From Verrucomicrobiales bacterium (GTDB lineage: Bacteria > Verrucomicrobiota > Verrucomicrobiia > Verrucomicrobiales > SLCJ01), in the NCBI GenBank assembly GCA_046075565.1, contig JBJTQJ010000046.1, forward strand, positions 1-45,390: 45,390 nt of DNA, in the 5' to 3' direction. The notes under the pieces are model-generated. The model saw only the letters and a list, made by a program, of their open reading frames with translations. It did not search any database and was not told where the DNA came from. Both the position numbers and the translations under genes were made by a program. Of the stretch, positions 43,435 through 45,390 are shown in pieces; position 1 is the stretch's first letter, and the number at the start of each line of letters is the position of its first letter.

Positions 43435-44499
43435 TCAACCGGCTTTCACCTCATCCCATGTTTTTGTCCAGAGCGGCAAACTTTCGCCGAGATCGTCGAG
43501 CACCTCACATTTGGCGAACACATCGGCGGGCGGAAACAGCACCTCGTTTTTCCGGAAATCTTCCGGCAAGAGAGCGTAGCCCGAAGTGTTCGGCGCCCGG
43601 TAACTGACCTCCGTCATGTTGTCGGCGGCCGATTGCGGATCACACATGAAGTTGATGAAAGCGAGGGCGAGTTCCGGTTTGGGAGCATTCTTGAGCACGA
43701 CGAAATCATCGCACGAGAATGCCGCTCCTTCCTCCGGGATGAAGAGTTCGATATCCTCGTTCTCTTCCGCCACCTGCATTATATCGCCGGCATATCCATG
43801 GACGAGCCAGAATTCACCGGAGGCGAGACCGGTCTTGTATTGTTCGTTCTCGAACTTGGCGATATTCTTTTTCCAAACGATGGCGACGTCGCGGGCGGCG
43901 GCGAGTTGGGCCGGATCGGATGAGTTCAGCGGGTGACCTAGGGTCTTGAGGGCCGCTCCGAGCACCTCGCGCATGTCGTTGAGCATGGTGGCCCGGCCCT
44001 TGATCTCGGGTTTTTCAAGCAAGCGCCAGGTGTGCGGGGCCTCGGCAATCTTCGATTTGAGGTAAGCGAGACAGGTGGGTGCCATCATGTAAGGCACGGA
44101 GTGTTTCATCGCCGGATCGAGGGCGGACTTGAGATATTCGCGGTCGATATGGGAAAGATTCGGCAGTTTGTCATGGGGAAGGTCCATCAACATCCCCTCG
44201 CGGACAAGGGTCCGCACCATGTAGCTGGATGGCGTGATCACATCGTAACCGGTGGCACCGGCCTTGAGTTTGGCATACATGGCCTCGTTGGCGTCGAAAA
44301 GGTCGATCTCGACCTTGCAGGAATGAGCGGCCTCGAATCGTTTGATGACCTCGGCGTTGAAGTAGTCGGCCCAGGTGTAGAGGTGGAGCACGGTCTGCCC
44401 GGAGGTCTTTTTCGTGCAGGAAGGCGCGAAGCCGGCCAGCCCGGCGGCTGCGGAGGCCGCAAGGAACCGGCGGCGGGAATAGCGAGGATCGTTGGTCAT
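43435..44499 (-). CDS. Spermidine/putrescine ABC transporter substrate-binding protein (PotD/PotF family), Tat lipoprotein-type signal
   Basis: SRRRFLAASAAAGLAGFAPSC signal; LYTWADY, NEAMYAKL, GYDVITPSSY, REVLGAALKTLG, FIPEEG and ALAFINF motifs. Start 44499 or 44508. Confidence 0.9.
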   Translation of the reverse strand: MTNDPRYSRRRFLAASAAAGLAGFAPSCTKKTSGQTVLHLYTWADYFNAEVIKRFEAAHSCKVEIDLFDANEAMYAKLKAGATGYDVITPSSYMVRTLVREGMLMDLPHDKLPNLSHIDREYLKSALDPAMKHSVPYMMAPTCLAYLKSKIAEAPHTWRLLEKPEIKGRATMLNDMREVLGAALKTLGHPLNSSDPAQLAAARDVAIVWKKNIAKFENEQYKTGLASGEFWLVHGYAGDIMQVAEENEDIELFIPEEGAAFSCDDFVVLKNAPKPELALAFINFMCDPQSAADNMTEVSYRAPNTSGYALLPEDFRKNEVLFPPADVFAKCEVLDDLGESLPLWTKTWDEVKAG

Positions 44500-44589
44500 G
44501 ACGTTCATTTTGTGGCATGCAGGGCGGGGGATAAAGGAAATTTTTGCCCCGACACGCGATTCCCTCGAAAAATCCGGCATAATACGGCC

Positions 44590-44618
44590 TTGCATCAGGC
44601 CCTCCCCTACCCCATCGT
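44590..44618 (+). promoter_or_regulatory. Possible sigma70 promoter of the tRNA
   Basis: TTGCAT-17 bp-CATCGT ending 12 bp before the tRNA. Confidence 0.35.
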
Positions 44619-44630
44619 AAATGCCCAGTC

Positions 44631-44713
44631 GCCGGCGTGGCGGAATGGTAGACGCGACGGATTCAAAATCCGTTGTCCGAGAGGTCGTGTGGGTTCGAGT
44701 CCCACCGCCGGTA
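44631..44713 (+). tRNA. tRNA-Leu(CAA)
   Basis: Acceptor stem GCCGGCG/CGCCGGT, D-loop GGAATGGTAGAC, anticodon arm ACGGA-TTCAAAA-TCCGT, long variable arm, GGTTCGAGTCC T-arm, discriminator A; CCA not encoded. Confidence 0.95.
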
Positions 44714-44811
44714 CTGGCTGGAAATCAAAGGGTTGCAGGGCTTAGGCCAGGTTTAAAAACGACTAGCTGCGGATGTTAGCGAAAGCATGGTGCCCTTATA
44801 GTGCCTCATAT

Positions 44812-44886
44812 ACGGCATCAACGAGCACGGCATCAACGAGCACGGCATCAACGAGCACGGCATCAGCGAGCACGGCCTCCACGACC
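44812..44886 (+). repeat. 15-bp tandem repeat (ACGGCATCAACGAGC x3, then one 1-mismatch copy and one degenerate copy)
   Basis: Read directly: units start at 44812, 44827, 44842, 44857 and 44872. Confidence 0.9.
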
Positions 44887-45105
44887 GCTCCATCGCCGAG
44901 GCGCGGTGCCCTCCGGCCTGGTCGTCTCTCCACCCTCAGGTGCGCGACTGTCGCCCTCGATGTGGCCGGCAGCATCGCCAGGAGCTGGACGCGCACCACT
45001 CCGTTCTCCACGAGCATGGCATCAGCGAGCACGGCCTCCACGACCGCTCCATCGCCGAGGCGCGGTGCCCTTCGCCCTGGTCGTCTCTCCACCCTCAGGT
45101 GCGCG
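44851..45105 (+). repeat. 96-bp direct repeat, two near-identical copies 159 bp apart
   Basis: 44851-44946 versus 45010-45105, with only about 3 substitutions. Confidence 0.9.
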
Positions 45106-45390
45106 GCCTTCTCATTTTTGACCGTGTTGTCCGGTGATTTACCGCATAAATTGTCGGGCGACGGTGCGGACGGTGGAAAGTGAACGTTTGATTTCAGCTT
45201 TTGCAGTCGCAACAAGCTGCGATTTTCGGGGCCAAAGCGGGGCGGAAATCGCAGAATGCCAACACCCGATCAAACATTTTCGGCCAATAACTACGCCTAT
45301 TGTCTTATAATCCAAAGTAGGAACGAGGAATCGCCGAGCACACATGGTGACGCTCACCATCAGCGGCCGGCGCTGGCCGGTTGTGGCGAA

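Noticed and set aside
44812-45105. CRISPR array
   Set aside because: The repeats are head-to-tail 15-mers and one 96-bp duplication without unique spacers; no cas genes.
44773-45215. Protein-coding calls for the 136-aa (+) and 139-aa (-) ORFs over the repeats
   Set aside because: Open frames follow from the triplet-multiple repeat periods; no RBS or family motif picks a real frame.

Overview
GC-rich bacterial chromosome segment, most likely Verrucomicrobiota (Luteolibacter/Haloferula-like; inferred from protein styles and repeat types). Housekeeping genes lie on both flanks: ThuA-domain gene, fabF, argF and TerC/Alx on the left; S10 peptidase, YlbF-like, MauE/DoxX, SNF2, Fe-S assembly genes, zwf, apt, dGTPase, PotD-like and tRNA-Leu(CAA) on the right. 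The centre is a ~25 kb cell-envelope locus. A tightly packed 9-gene minus-strand operon (29708->8828) encodes an FhaC/ShlB-type Omp85 transporter, a DUF2341/LamG-ExbB fusion, ExbD, TonB, a putative porin, a coiled-coil protein, a parvulin PPIase, a 3903-aa filamentous-haemagglutinin-like exoprotein and a SEL1-repeat protein. It converges on a PstS/DING-like secreted protein and a membrane-anchored partner, with a divergent secreted protein beyond them. A TonB motor is present but no TonB-dependent receptor, and both converging units carry a shared 19-bp upstream motif (15/19 identical) with Pho-box-like 11-bp periodicity. This is the best candidate for an uncharacterised, proton-motive-force-energised two-partner secretion or surface-scavenging system. 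Also present: a 178-bp MITE-like element, several REP-like palindrome families, a stand-alone SLOG gene, a Cys-to-Asp pseudo-rhodanese and a repeat-rich tract after the tRNA. All family assignments come from motifs read by eye; no searches were run.
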